In this document: positions 53,795-64,000 of the stretch, one piece after another | Layout: each line of letters begins with the position of its first letter | Position numbering within the stretch: position 1 is the first letter of the stretch | Source: an uncultured OCS116 cluster bacterium | GTDB lineage: Bacteria > Pseudomonadota > Alphaproteobacteria > Rhizobiales > TMED25 | Reading direction: 5' to 3' | Assembly (NCBI GenBank): GCA_902633855.1 | Contig: CACPHU010000006.1 | Coordinates: 1,140 to 65,139, forward strand | Length of the DNA stretch: 64,000 bases | The notes under the pieces: generated by a model | Seen by the model: the letters and a program-made list of their open reading frames with translations, nothing else | Told to the model about the DNA's origin: nothing | Databases searched by the model: none | Translations under genes and position numbers: made by a program

Positions 53795-55555
53795 ATGGGT
53801 AAAAAAATTACAGGAGCAGAAATGGTGATTCAAACACTTCATGATCAGGGTGTAGAGTCTGTTTTTGGTTATCCCGGTGGTGCGGTACTTCCAATTTATG
53901 ACGCTATATTTCAGCAGGAAAATGTAAAGCATATTCTAGTGCGTCATGAACAGGGTGCATCACATGCAGCCGAAGGTTATGCCCGTTCAACTGGTAAAGT
54001 TGGTGTTCTCATCGTGACTTCGGGGCCAGGGGCTACAAATGCAGTAACTGGGCTTACAGATGCTTTGCTGGACTCTATACCTATTGTTTGTATAAGTGGG
54101 CAGGTACCTACACATCTCATTGGAACTGATGCATTCCAAGAGGCCGATACTGTTGGTATTACAAGAGCATGCACTAAGCATAATTGGTTGGTTAAAGATA
54201 TTAAAGATCTACCGCGTATTATGCATGAGGCATTCTACATTGCGAGATCAGGTCGTCCTGGTCCGGTTTTGGTGGACATTCCGAAAGATATACAGTTCGC
54301 AGAGGGTGAATACGAGAATTTATCTAAAACGACTCATAAAACATACACGCCTCCAAATACAATTGATGGCAAAGCTGTTTCTGCAGTTGTAGACCTTATG
54401 CAAAGGGCCAAGAAACCAATTATATACTCAGGCGGGGGTATAATAAATTCAGGTCCTAAAGCATCAAAATTATTACAAAAATTTGTACAAAAAACTAATA
54501 TGCCAATTACATCAACGTTAATGGGTCTTGGCGCTTATCCGGGTTCAGGAGATAATTGGCTAGGTATGTTGGGTATGCATGGCACCTATGAAGCAAATAT
54601 GGCGATGCATGATTGTGATTTAATGCTCTGCATTGGTGCAAGGTTTGATGACAGAATCACAGGAAAAATTGATGAATTTTCTCCAAAATCAAAAAAAGTT
54701 CATGTAGATATAGACGCAACGTCTATTAATAAAAATGTTGAAGTAGACCTATCTATTATTGCTGACTGCGGTAAATTCCTTAATGAAGCGCTCAAAATTA
54801 TAGAAAAAAGAAATAATAAATTTCAATCCTTCGATTTATGGTGGAAGCAAATTGACTCATGGAAAAAAGTGAATTGCCTTCAATATAAAGCAAATTCAGA
54901 TGTAATTATGCCACAATACGCTATCCAAAGATTGTATGAATTAACAAAAAATAAAGATACATATATTACGACTGAAGTTGGGCAACATCAAATGTGGGCA
55001 GCGCAATTTTATAAATTCGATAAACCTAACCGATGGCTAACATCAGGGGGTTTGGGCACTATGGGTTACGGCTTCCCTGCTGCAAATGGTGTTCAGGTTG
55101 CGAAACCCGACGCACTGGTTATAGATATTGCTGGGGATGCATCAATACTAATGAATATTCAAGAGCTTTCAACTGCAGTTCAATATCAACTTAACACAAA
55201 GATCTTTATTTTGAATAATAGCTACATGGGAATGGTCAGGCAATGGCAACAGTTATTGCACGGTAATCGAATTTCTGAGAGTTATTCTGACTCATTGCCA
55301 GATTTTGTGAAGCTTGCAGAGGCATATGGTGCAACTGGTATACGTGCGAAAAAGCCAGCTGAACTAGATGATGCAATTTTGGAGATGATCGATACGCCAG
55401 GACCTGTTATTTTTGACTGTGTTGTTGCAAATCTTGAAAATTGTTTTCCAATGATTCCATCTGGAAAGGCTCATAATGATATGTTACTTGGTGAGAATGT
55501 ATCGGATGAAGAAGTAGCAAAGGCTATTGATGATGATGGAAAAATAATGGTTTGA
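53795..55555 (+). CDS. ilvI: Acetolactate synthase (AHAS) large subunit
   Basis: ThDP enzyme: GYPGGAVLPIYDA, HEQGA.HAAEGYAR, TSGPGATN, GLGTMGYGFPAA..V, NN..MGMVRQWQ; 586 aa. Confidence 0.95.
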   Translation: MGKKITGAEMVIQTLHDQGVESVFGYPGGAVLPIYDAIFQQENVKHILVRHEQGASHAAEGYARSTGKVGVLIVTSGPGATNAVTGLTDALLDSIPIVCISGQVPTHLIGTDAFQEADTVGITRACTKHNWLVKDIKDLPRIMHEAFYIARSGRPGPVLVDIPKDIQFAEGEYENLSKTTHKTYTPPNTIDGKAVSAVVDLMQRAKKPIIYSGGGIINSGPKASKLLQKFVQKTNMPITSTLMGLGAYPGSGDNWLGMLGMHGTYEANMAMHDCDLMLCIGARFDDRITGKIDEFSPKSKKVHVDIDATSINKNVEVDLSIIADCGKFLNEALKIIEKRNNKFQSFDLWWKQIDSWKKVNCLQYKANSDVIMPQYAIQRLYELTKNKDTYITTEVGQHQMWAAQFYKFDKPNRWLTSGGLGTMGYGFPAANGVQVAKPDALVIDIAGDASILMNIQELSTAVQYQLNTKIFILNNSYMGMVRQWQQLLHGNRISESYSDSLPDFVKLAEAYGATGIRAKKPAELDDAILEMIDTPGPVIFDCVVANLENCFPMIPSGKAHNDMLLGENVSDEEVAKAIDDDGKIMV

Positions 55556-55570
55556 AAAATTAATTTATGA

Positions 55571-56137
55571 GTGAATGAAATGAACAAGAAAAATCCTGCT
55601 TCTGCTTATGATATCATCTCAATAAATGAAGATGATGAAAGACATACATTATCTATTATTGTTGACGATGAGCCAGGCGTCTTAGCAAGAGTCATTGGGC
55701 TTTTTGCTGCGAGAGGATTTAATATTGACTCGCTTACTGTGTCTGAAACAGAGAGCAAACAGCAATTATCCAGAATTACACTTGTAACATCGGGATCGCC
55801 AAGTGTTATTGAAAAAATAAAAGTTCAAGTTGATAGGCTGGTTTCAGTTCATAGAGTAGCAGATCTTACAGCTGATTATGGTCAATATGGAGCTCTCGAG
55901 AGAGAGTTGGCGTTAATAAAAGTAAAAGGAACAGGCAACAAAAGGCTTGAGGCATTACGATTGGCTGAAGCATTTGATGCGCAAACAGTTGATGCGAGCC
56001 TTGATAGTTTTGTTTTTCAAATAACAGGACGAACCCGTGAAATTGATAGATTTATTAATTTAATGGCAAGTGTAGGGCTTACAGAAGTATCAAGAACTGG
56101 TGTAGCTGCGTTAAAAAGAGGTGCTGGAAGCACATAA
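55571..56137 (+). CDS. ilvH: Acetolactate synthase small (regulatory) subunit, IlvH type (ACT + C-terminal domain)
   Basis: HTLSIIVDDEPGVLARVIGLFAARGFNIDSLTV ACT motif; about 185 aa fits the IlvH class. GTG 55571 or ATG 55580. Confidence 0.92.
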   Translation: MNEMNKKNPASAYDIISINEDDERHTLSIIVDDEPGVLARVIGLFAARGFNIDSLTVSETESKQQLSRITLVTSGSPSVIEKIKVQVDRLVSVHRVADLTADYGQYGALERELALIKVKGTGNKRLEALRLAEAFDAQTVDASLDSFVFQITGRTREIDRFINLMASVGLTEVSRTGVAALKRGAGST

Positions 56138-56178
56138 TATTATAAATGAATTTAGATTTTAATACATTAACAATATAG

Positions 56179-57213
<1,035 letters not shown>

Positions 57214-57219
57214 GGGTAG

Positions 57220-58749
57220 ATGAGCTCCGAAGATAACCATATAAGAATATTTGATACAACTCTACGTGATGGTGAGCAATCACCAGGCGCGACAATGACA
57301 CTTGATGAGAAAATTCAGGTTGCAGAATTATTAGACGACATGGGTGTTGATATAATCGAAGCTGGATTCCCGATTGCTTCAAACGGTGACTTTGAAGCTG
57401 TATCAAAAATTGCTGAAAGATCACAAAATTCAATCATCGCAGGACTAGCAAGGGCGATTCCTGAGGATATTGACAGAGCAGGTGAAGCAGTAAAAAAAGC
57501 AAAAAGAGGTAGAATTCACACGTTTGTCTCCACATCTCCGATACATCTAGAACATCAAATGAAAAAAAATGAAGAAGAAGTTCTAGAAATCATAAAAAAA
57601 ACAGTTACTTTGGCAAGAAGCTATGTTGAAGATGTTGAATGGTCAGGCATGGATGCAACAAGAACATCTATCGATTTTTTGTGTAAATGTTGTGAGGTAG
57701 CAATAAAGAATGGTGCAACTACTATCAATATCCCGGATACGGTCGGGTATGCTATCCCTCATGAGTTCAATAATTTAATTAAAACACTACGGGAAAGAGT
57801 GCCAGGAGCGGATTCAGTTATTTTTTCTACACACTGCCACAATGACCTTGGTCTTGCTGTGGCCAATTCTTTAGCAGGCGTCGACGCTGGCGCAAGACAG
57901 ATTGAATGCACGATAAATGGACTCGGAGAAAGGGCAGGAAATGCAGCACTAGAAGAGGTTGTTATGGCGATTAATACTCGTTCTGACGCACTACCTTATA
58001 AAACAAAAATTGATACAACAAAAATACTACGAGCATCAAAGCTCGTATCTGCTATAACATCTTTTCCAGTCCAGTATAACAAAGCTATTGTTGGAAAAAA
58101 TGCTTTTGCGCATGAGTCAGGTATTCACCAAGATGGGATGCTGAAGAATAGCCAGACATACGAGATAATGAACCCCGAAGCGATTGGTCTTAAGGAGTCG
58201 TCACTAGTAATGGGAAAACACTCGGGAAGGCATGCTTTTAGAGAAAAATTAGCAGATCTTGGATATAAACTTGGTGATAATGCATTTCAAGATGCTTTTG
58301 AAAGATTTAAAACACTTGCTGATAAAAAGAAGAATATTTACGATGAGGATATTATGGCTCTCGTCGATGATGAAATTTCAAGTACAAGCGAGAGGCTAAA
58401 ATTTAAATCACTCATCGTAAATGCGGGAACGCAAGGACCACAAAGTGCAGAGCTTGAGATGGAAGTTGATGGTGAAATCATGAAAAATAAATCAACGGGC
58501 GATGGGCCTGTAGATGCAATATTTAATTGTATAAAATCCATATTTCCTCATGAAGCATCCTTACCATTATACCAAGTACAGGCAGTAACAGAGGGAACGG
58601 ACGCACAGGCCGAAGTTAGCGTTAGACTGGAAGATGAGGGGATATCTTTCACTGGTAGGGGAGCAGATACAGACACACTAGTAGCCTCAGCAAGAGCATA
58701 TATCAGTGCACTGAATAGGTTGCTTATTGCAAAAGAGCGATCAAATTAA
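57220..58749 (+). CDS. leuA: 2-isopropylmalate synthase
   Basis: IFDTTLRDGEQSPG, HCHNDLGLAVAN, HESGIHQDG, plus a C-terminal LeuA dimerisation/regulatory domain; 6 nt after ilvC. Confidence 0.95.
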   Translation: MSSEDNHIRIFDTTLRDGEQSPGATMTLDEKIQVAELLDDMGVDIIEAGFPIASNGDFEAVSKIAERSQNSIIAGLARAIPEDIDRAGEAVKKAKRGRIHTFVSTSPIHLEHQMKKNEEEVLEIIKKTVTLARSYVEDVEWSGMDATRTSIDFLCKCCEVAIKNGATTINIPDTVGYAIPHEFNNLIKTLRERVPGADSVIFSTHCHNDLGLAVANSLAGVDAGARQIECTINGLGERAGNAALEEVVMAINTRSDALPYKTKIDTTKILRASKLVSAITSFPVQYNKAIVGKNAFAHESGIHQDGMLKNSQTYEIMNPEAIGLKESSLVMGKHSGRHAFREKLADLGYKLGDNAFQDAFERFKTLADKKKNIYDEDIMALVDDEISSTSERLKFKSLIVNAGTQGPQSAELEMEVDGEIMKNKSTGDGPVDAIFNCIKSIFPHEASLPLYQVQAVTEGTDAQAEVSVRLEDEGISFTGRGADTDTLVASARAYISALNRLLIAKERSN

Positions 58750-58756
58750 TCATATT

Positions 58757-58832
<76 letters not shown>

Positions 58833-58834
58833 GC

Positions 58835-59050
58835 TTAGTAACAAATAATATTTGTATATCTTGATATTGGTTCAATAAGAGTTCTATCGATTTTCATATC
58901 CATTAATGAGTACTTGATTTTATTGATTGTACTTTCATTAACCTGTTCGTTTTGAGCAATAAAATAGTCTATAAAATTTGATAGATCATAGCCTAATCCA
59001 GAATTATAGCAATATTCAACCATATCTCTGATGATAATAGTATTTTTCAT
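58835..59050 (-). CDS. Hypothetical small protein (71 aa)
   Basis: ORF with the upstream SD-like ggggagatacc (reverse strand) before the ATG. No recognisable family. Ends 2 nt from the tRNA-Lys 3' end. Confidence 0.4.
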   Translation of the reverse strand: MKNTIIIRDMVEYCYNSGLGYDLSNFIDYFIAQNEQVNESTINKIKYSLMDMKIDRTLIEPISRYTNIICY

Positions 59051-59258
59051 TTTGGTATCTCCCCAATATAAGAATCATGGTTAAACTATTAAAATATACT
59101 ATTACAATTTTATGACATGGTTTTTTTATCAAAAATAAAATCAAAATTCCAAATAAATTATATTCACTTTTCCACGCGCTTTAATTCATTGTAATTTGCT
59201 TTATTTTAATATTTAATGGGAGTTAATGAATAATTAACTATTTTAAAGGGAGAACAAA

Positions 59259-60467
59259 ATGTTAAGAATTTTTATGTTTGCTCTAGCTCTTGCCACTTTT
59301 GGCTTTGGTACTGCTCAAGCTAATGAAATAAAAGTTGGTATGATAATGAGTTTCACAGGCCCCTTAGAGTCGCTTGTTCCACCTATGGTGGATGGAGCTG
59401 AACTTGCTTTTAATGAAGCTAATGCTTCAGGGGAGCTTCTAGATGGATCAACAATTACTCTAGTTAAGGGTGATGCTACGTGTATTGACTCAGCTGCCGC
59501 AGTAACAGCAGCGGAACAAGCAGTTGCAGAGGGTGTTGTTGCTATATTCGGAGCTGATTGCTCAGGTGTTACAAAAGCTATAACACAAAATGTTAGTATG
59601 CCAAATGGTATTCCAAATATATCACCAGCAGCAACTTCACCAGCTTTAACAACTGCACCAGACAATGGTTTATTCTACAGAACTGCCCCATCAGACGCGA
59701 GAGGCGGTGAAGTATTAGCAGCAATTACTGCAGATAAAGGTGTAAAGAGTATTGCCATTACTTATATCAATAATGATTATGGCGTTGGTCTAGCAGATGT
59801 TTTTGAAGCATCAGTTAAAGCAGCCGGAATTGAAGTAACTGCGAAAATAGCCCATGAAGGTGATAAAGCTGATTACAGCGCAGAAGTTGGTGTTTTATCT
59901 GCTGCAGGTGGCGATGCACTAGCAGTACTTGGTTATATTGATCAAGGTGGTAATAATATTATTCGTGGTTCTTTAGACGCGGGTTCATTTGATCAGTTTG
60001 CTCTTGGCGATGGTATGATCGGTACTTCTCTTGAAGATGCTTTTGGTGACGAACTAAATGGTTCATGGGGCTCAACTCCTGGATCTCTCGGTGCGTCATT
60101 CCAAAAATTCCAAGCATATGCATCTGCTAATGATGTAGATCCTAATAGTGTTTATGCAGGTGAGTCATATGACGCTGCTGCTCTTCTAATTCTAGCCATG
60201 CAAGCGGGAGATTGTGATATCAGCGGTTGTAATGGATCAACTGATGGCAGAAGTATTGCAGATAGTATCCAAAAAATTGCTAACGGGTCTGGACCTAAAA
60301 TCTATGCAGGGGAACTTGCTAAGGGTTTGAGATTACTTAAAGCTGGTAATTCAATTAACTATGAAGGTGCTTCAGACGTTAATTTCACTGAAGTTGGTGA
60401 AGCTTTCGGTCAGTTCCTAGAAAAAGGTTATATTGACGGTAAATTCGTTAATGTAGGTGCTAGATAG
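59259..60467 (+). CDS. HAAT-family ABC transporter periplasmic substrate-binding protein (LivJ/Peripla_BP_6-like)
   Basis: Signal peptide MLRIFMFALALATFGFGTAQA. IKVGMIMSFTGPL start typical of the Leu/Ile/Val-type binding protein family. Strong SD aaagggag. Convergent with the Liv-like permease/ATPase genes. Confidence 0.85.
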   Translation: MLRIFMFALALATFGFGTAQANEIKVGMIMSFTGPLESLVPPMVDGAELAFNEANASGELLDGSTITLVKGDATCIDSAAAVTAAEQAVAEGVVAIFGADCSGVTKAITQNVSMPNGIPNISPAATSPALTTAPDNGLFYRTAPSDARGGEVLAAITADKGVKSIAITYINNDYGVGLADVFEASVKAAGIEVTAKIAHEGDKADYSAEVGVLSAAGGDALAVLGYIDQGGNNIIRGSLDAGSFDQFALGDGMIGTSLEDAFGDELNGSWGSTPGSLGASFQKFQAYASANDVDPNSVYAGESYDAAALLILAMQAGDCDISGCNGSTDGRSIADSIQKIANGSGPKIYAGELAKGLRLLKAGNSINYEGASDVNFTEVGEAFGQFLEKGYIDGKFVNVGAR

Positions 60468-60476
60468 CTTAGTTTA

Positions 60477-60506
60477 TATCACCCCACATAGTAATGTGGG
60501 GTGATA
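60477..60506. terminator. Strong hairpin between convergent genes (bidirectional terminator candidate)
   Basis: tatcaccccacat-agta-atgtggggtgata: a 13-bp perfect stem with a 4-nt loop, filling the 41-nt gap between the binding-protein gene and the permease gene. Confidence 0.7.
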
Positions 60507-60508
60507 AT

Positions 60509-61876
60509 CTAATTGTTAATAATCTTCTCAGGTAATAAACCTTTAGGTCTGTATCTCATTACTACTAATAAACCCAGACCCATCATTAAATATCTAAAAT
60601 AAGGGATACTATCAATTAAATGAATCTTTAATTGATTTGTATTATCTACTTCGCTCATTAAGGCATTTATCACAAACAATGCGAATGGTGCTGATTCAAT
60701 CCAAATAAACCAGACAACGAAAGCTCCAAGAATTGCCCCATAATTATTTCCTGTTCCGCCAAGCAGAACCATAACCCAAATTATGAACGTATATCTCAAT
60801 GGTTGATAACTTGCTGGTGTAAATAGCCCGTCATATGTAACTAACATTGCACCAGAAAAACCTATGATGGCAGAGCCGATCATAAATATATGCAAGTGTC
60901 TTTTTACAACATTCTTACCCATAGCTTTTGCTGCATCCTCATTATCTCGTATAGCTCTCATCATCCTACCCCATGGTGATCTCAAGGCTTTTTCTGAAAA
61001 TACTAATATGGTAATCAAAACAATTAAGAAAATTACACTAAAACATAGTTTTACAAAAATACTTGATGAAGTCATCACGAGTTCATTAAGTAAAATAATC
61101 TTTTCATCTAAATCGGAAGCCTTTGATAATCTTCCCTTGAATAAAAACCCAATAAAATTTACGAACCAATCTGAATTTTGCAAATCTACTTCAAAAGGCA
61201 CTGGTCTCTTGAGTCCAGTTACATTTTTAACCCCTCTAGTAAGCCATTCTTCGTGTTTAACATATGACACAATAATCCCTGAGATTAATAGTGTAGCAAT
61301 TGCAAGATAATCAGATCGTAAATCTAGACAAACTTTACCTATGATAAAGGCTACCAAAGCCGCAAAGATAGCCCCAACAAACCAAGAGAGAATTATAGGC
61401 ATATCAAAACCACCCAAAAAACCACTTGTGGCAGCATCAATAGACTCGATTGCTGAAATTGATGGGCCTGCAGCTAATTTCATCATTGGTATTACTGAGA
61501 TTACCAAAAGGAATAATAAATAGTTTTTGTATTTCGATTGAAATTTTCGATGTACATAAAAAATGCTTGCAATTAATACAAACAAAATGAGGCCAGATAA
61601 TATTACACCAAATCCACCTGCTGCCCAAGCTTCGTTCACTGGTGGTACTGATACGACTATGGTAGCAAGGCCACCGATAGCTAGAAAACCCATGACCCCA
61701 AAATTAATTAGCCCCGAGTATCCCCATTGTATATTAACACCCATCGACATTACTGCAGAAATTAAGCAAAGATTGAGAATTGCCAGAGCAACTCCCCAAG
61801 ATTGTACAAAACCAACCATAATAAGCAGTAGGGCCATGACTCCAAAGGCAAGTTTTATATCAAGATTATTTCTCAA
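60509..61876 (-). CDS. HAAT-family ABC transporter permease (LivM-like)
   Basis: 455-aa polytopic membrane protein with the Liv-type motif IRDNEDAAKAMGKN; 4-nt overlap with the upstream permease gene. Confidence 0.85.
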   Translation of the reverse strand: MRNNLDIKLAFGVMALLLIMVGFVQSWGVALAILNLCLISAVMSMGVNIQWGYSGLINFGVMGFLAIGGLATIVVSVPPVNEAWAAGGFGVILSGLILFVLIASIFYVHRKFQSKYKNYLLFLLVISVIPMMKLAAGPSISAIESIDAATSGFLGGFDMPIILSWFVGAIFAALVAFIIGKVCLDLRSDYLAIATLLISGIIVSYVKHEEWLTRGVKNVTGLKRPVPFEVDLQNSDWFVNFIGFLFKGRLSKASDLDEKIILLNELVMTSSSIFVKLCFSVIFLIVLITILVFSEKALRSPWGRMMRAIRDNEDAAKAMGKNVVKRHLHIFMIGSAIIGFSGAMLVTYDGLFTPASYQPLRYTFIIWVMVLLGGTGNNYGAILGAFVVWFIWIESAPFALFVINALMSEVDNTNQLKIHLIDSIPYFRYLMMGLGLLVVMRYRPKGLLPEKIINN

Positions 61877-62883
61877 ATAACTTTCCCCTTAAAAATTCCG
61901 TTTGGTCTATATATCAGAACTACTATGAGTATCGCAAACGATATCGCAAATTTGTAGTCTGTTGATATGTATTGTACCAAGCTGCTTGGTTCTAATTGCT
62001 CTGGTAGCAGATATACTAGAAATTTCTTATATGCGTATGTAAGTCCTATCTCTGTGAAAGCAATAACAAAACCTCCATAGAATGCGCCAAGAGGGTTTCC
62101 GATCCCACCCACAATAGTTGCAGCAAAAATAGGTAATAAATTATTCCAATAGGCAAATGGTTTAAAGCTCTTATCTAAACCGTAAAGGGTCCCTGCAATG
62201 GTGGCAAGTATAGAAACAATAACCCATGTGTATATTACTATTTTTGTGGGGTCTATTCCTGATAATAGTGCTAAATCTTCATTATCTGAATAAGCTCTCA
62301 TTGATTTACCGGTTTTAGTTTTATTGAGAAAATAAAATAGGATTGAACATGTTATAATTGTTGTGATGACAGTAATTAATTGAGTAGATTTGAGTGCTAT
62401 ACCCTCATTTAGCCCAGTCATTTTCTTAAATTCACTGGCCTTCATTATAAATCTTGCTCCATCCATAAATATTACGTCGCCAGGCCCAATTACAATTCTT
62501 ACTATCGCATTCAAAATAAACATAACTCCAATACTCACCACAATAAGTATTACAGGCTCACTCTTCATATCTCGGTAATATTTAAATACTGTCTTATCAA
62601 AAAATAAACTTAATATGACTGTTGCGATTATTCCCATAGGCAATGCCAGCAATGCAGTAGGTAAAAAACCAAAAGTAATACCTAATGATTGTAAATACCC
62701 CGTAGATAGGATTACTATCATTGTCCCAAAAGCCATTAAGTCGCCGTAGGCAAAATTAGCAAACCTAAGGACGCCGTATATAAGAGTAACACCGATGGCT
62801 CCCAATGCAAGTTGTGACCCATATGTTAATCCTGGTACGATTATATAGTTCCCTAAGAGTATGATTGCGTTTAAAAAATCCAT
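61873..62883 (-). CDS. HAAT-family ABC transporter permease (LivH-like)
   Basis: 336 aa. FANFAYGDLMAFG and MRAYSDNEDLALLSGI motifs typical of LivH. Confidence 0.85.
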   Translation of the reverse strand: MDFLNAIILLGNYIIVPGLTYGSQLALGAIGVTLIYGVLRFANFAYGDLMAFGTMIVILSTGYLQSLGITFGFLPTALLALPMGIIATVILSLFFDKTVFKYYRDMKSEPVILIVVSIGVMFILNAIVRIVIGPGDVIFMDGARFIMKASEFKKMTGLNEGIALKSTQLITVITTIITCSILFYFLNKTKTGKSMRAYSDNEDLALLSGIDPTKIVIYTWVIVSILATIAGTLYGLDKSFKPFAYWNNLLPIFAATIVGGIGNPLGAFYGGFVIAFTEIGLTYAYKKFLVYLLPEQLEPSSLVQYISTDYKFAISFAILIVVLIYRPNGIFKGKVI

Positions 62884-63588
62884 TTAACCACCCAAAAAAG
62901 ACTTTCTAATTTCATTATCGTTTATAAGATAGTCCCCACTACCTTCATAAGCATTTCTACCAGTAACAAGGATATAGCCTCGATCTGATATGCCCAATGC
63001 CTGTCTAGCATTTTGTTCGACCATAAGTACTGCTATATTTTGTTTTTTAATATTTAAAATATGTTCAAATATTTCATCCATCACGACTGGAGATACTCCA
63101 GCAGTCGGTTCATCTAGCATTAAAACCTTAGGATTAGTCATTAGAGCTCTTGCAAGTGCAACTTGCTGACGTTGACCGCCGGAGAGCTCTCCTGCTAACT
63201 GATCTTGCTTTTCCTTTATAATAGGGAACAAGTCGTACATTTCTGAAATACGACTGCTGATATCACCATCATTTAAGAATGCCCCCATCTCTAGGTTCTC
63301 TTTTACAGTTAATTCAGTAAAAATATTATTCGTTTGAGGGACAAATGAAATTCCTGCCTTTATTCGATCTTGCGTTTTTAGTCTTGTAATATCTTGTCCA
63401 TCAAGCATCACTTCACCATACTTTAAATCAAGTATTCCGAGCATGGCTTTCATTGCAGTGGATTTTCCTGCGCCATTTGGTCCTAATATTGATACAATCT
63501 CACCCTGATTAACTTCAAAGCAACATCCTTCTATGATATTGACACCACCGTAACCCCCTGTTAGATTTTTCGCAGAAAAATACATCAT
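62884..63588 (-). CDS. HAAT-family ABC transporter ATP-binding protein (LivF-like)
   Basis: Walker A GPNGAGKST, signature LSGGQRQQVALARAL, Walker B LMLDEP; 234 aa. Confidence 0.9.
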   Translation of the reverse strand: MMYFSAKNLTGGYGGVNIIEGCCFEVNQGEIVSILGPNGAGKSTAMKAMLGILDLKYGEVMLDGQDITRLKTQDRIKAGISFVPQTNNIFTELTVKENLEMGAFLNDGDISSRISEMYDLFPIIKEKQDQLAGELSGGQRQQVALARALMTNPKVLMLDEPTAGVSPVVMDEIFEHILNIKKQNIAVLMVEQNARQALGISDRGYILVTGRNAYEGSGDYLINDNEIRKSFLGG

Positions 63589-64000
63589 TTTTTTGCACCC
63601 CTGCCTAAGTATGACTCAATAACTTCATCATTACTCTTGATTTCACGTGATGTTCCTTTAAATAGTACAGATCCTTCTGCTAATACAATTATAGGATCGC
63701 ACAGTCTACTAATTAGTTCAAAGTCGTGCTCTATCATGCAGAATGTATAGCCTTTTTCTTTGTTTAACCTCTCAATTGAGTCTGCAATATCTTTCAAAAG
63801 TGTTTTGTGAACACCCGCCCCAACCTCATCAAGAAACACTATCTTCGCATCTACCATCATTGTTCGTGCTAATTCTAATAATTTTTTTTGTCCCCCAGAC
63901 AAGTTCCCAGCTAATTCATTTCTCAAGTGATCAATTTTAAGAAACTCTAAGACTTCATTCGCTTTTTGTTTGATTACTTCGTCTTCTTCCTGAATCCTCC
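63585..64000 (-). CDS. HAAT-family ABC transporter ATP-binding protein (LivG-like), 5' end outside the window
   Basis: LSGGQKKLLELARTM signature and Walker B IVFLDE. The reading frame stays open upstream of the track's TTG start (...EVLEFLKIDHLRNELAGNLSGGQ) to the window edge, and Walker A is missing. The gene is therefore truncated by the window edge. Confidence 0.85.
   Translation of the reverse strand, partial: RIQEEDEVIKQKANEVLEFLKIDHLRNELAGNLSGGQKKLLELARTMMVDAKIVFLDEVGAGVHKTLLKDIADSIERLNKEKGYTFCMIEHDFELISRLCDPIIVLAEGSVLFKGTSREIKSNDEVIESYLGRGAKK

Noticed and set aside
63896-63905. Apparent frameshift in the LivG-like gene. As I read it, the printed sequence carries one extra C at about 63900/63901, and the last printed line has 41 bases. 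The track translations of 63585..63926 (-) and 63743..63940 (+) fit only if that base is removed.
   Set aside because: The ORF track was computed from the window and is internally consistent. The discrepancy looks like a display artefact or my own reading error, not a biological frameshift or pseudogene. Printed coordinates beyond about 63901 may be off by one.

Overview
AT-rich (about one-third G+C by eye), very tightly packed chromosomal core region, most likely from a streamlined marine alphaproteobacterium. That lineage call is an inference from three things: a circularly permuted two-piece tmRNA gene with the tag ANDNYAPVAVAA, an alpha-type SspB-fumC-RHH arrangement, and the gene order mraZ-rsmH-ftsL-ftsI-murEF-mraY-murD-ftsW-murGCB-ddl-ftsQAZ-lpxC-bamD-recN-ligA. 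The species cannot be named from the sequence alone. About 60 protein genes are supported. They include the complete dcw cell-wall/division cluster (14.1-32.5 kb), lpxC/bamD/recN/ligA, pepP, prmA, uvrD, fumC, thyA-folA and hflKC-DUF2065-degP. They also include serB, miaA, an ilvIH-ilvC-leuA operon, and a HAAT-family (Liv-like) ABC transporter that runs off the right edge. RNA genes are tRNA-Met(CAU), RNase P RNA (type A), two-piece tmRNA and tRNA-Lys(CUU). I found no CRISPR array, transposase, integrase, phage gene or recognisable defence system, so most of the window is ordinary housekeeping DNA. The best candidate for something undescribed is the 801-6561 cluster. It encodes an M24 hydrolase, a KdsB-fold protein with eroded catalytic motifs, a leaderless LVIVD beta-propeller, a family III CoA-transferase and a convergent isopropylmalate-dehydrogenase-like enzyme. 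Other points worth a second look are a 10-bp-phased CCAT repeat array upstream of mraZ (candidate MraZ operator) and a leader-peptide attenuator upstream of ilvI. There are also three small ORFs below the ORF-track length cutoff, a cysteine-free MlaA homologue, and four convergent gene pairs whose 3' ends overlap. All functional calls rest on motif and family recognition by eye; no database search was possible.
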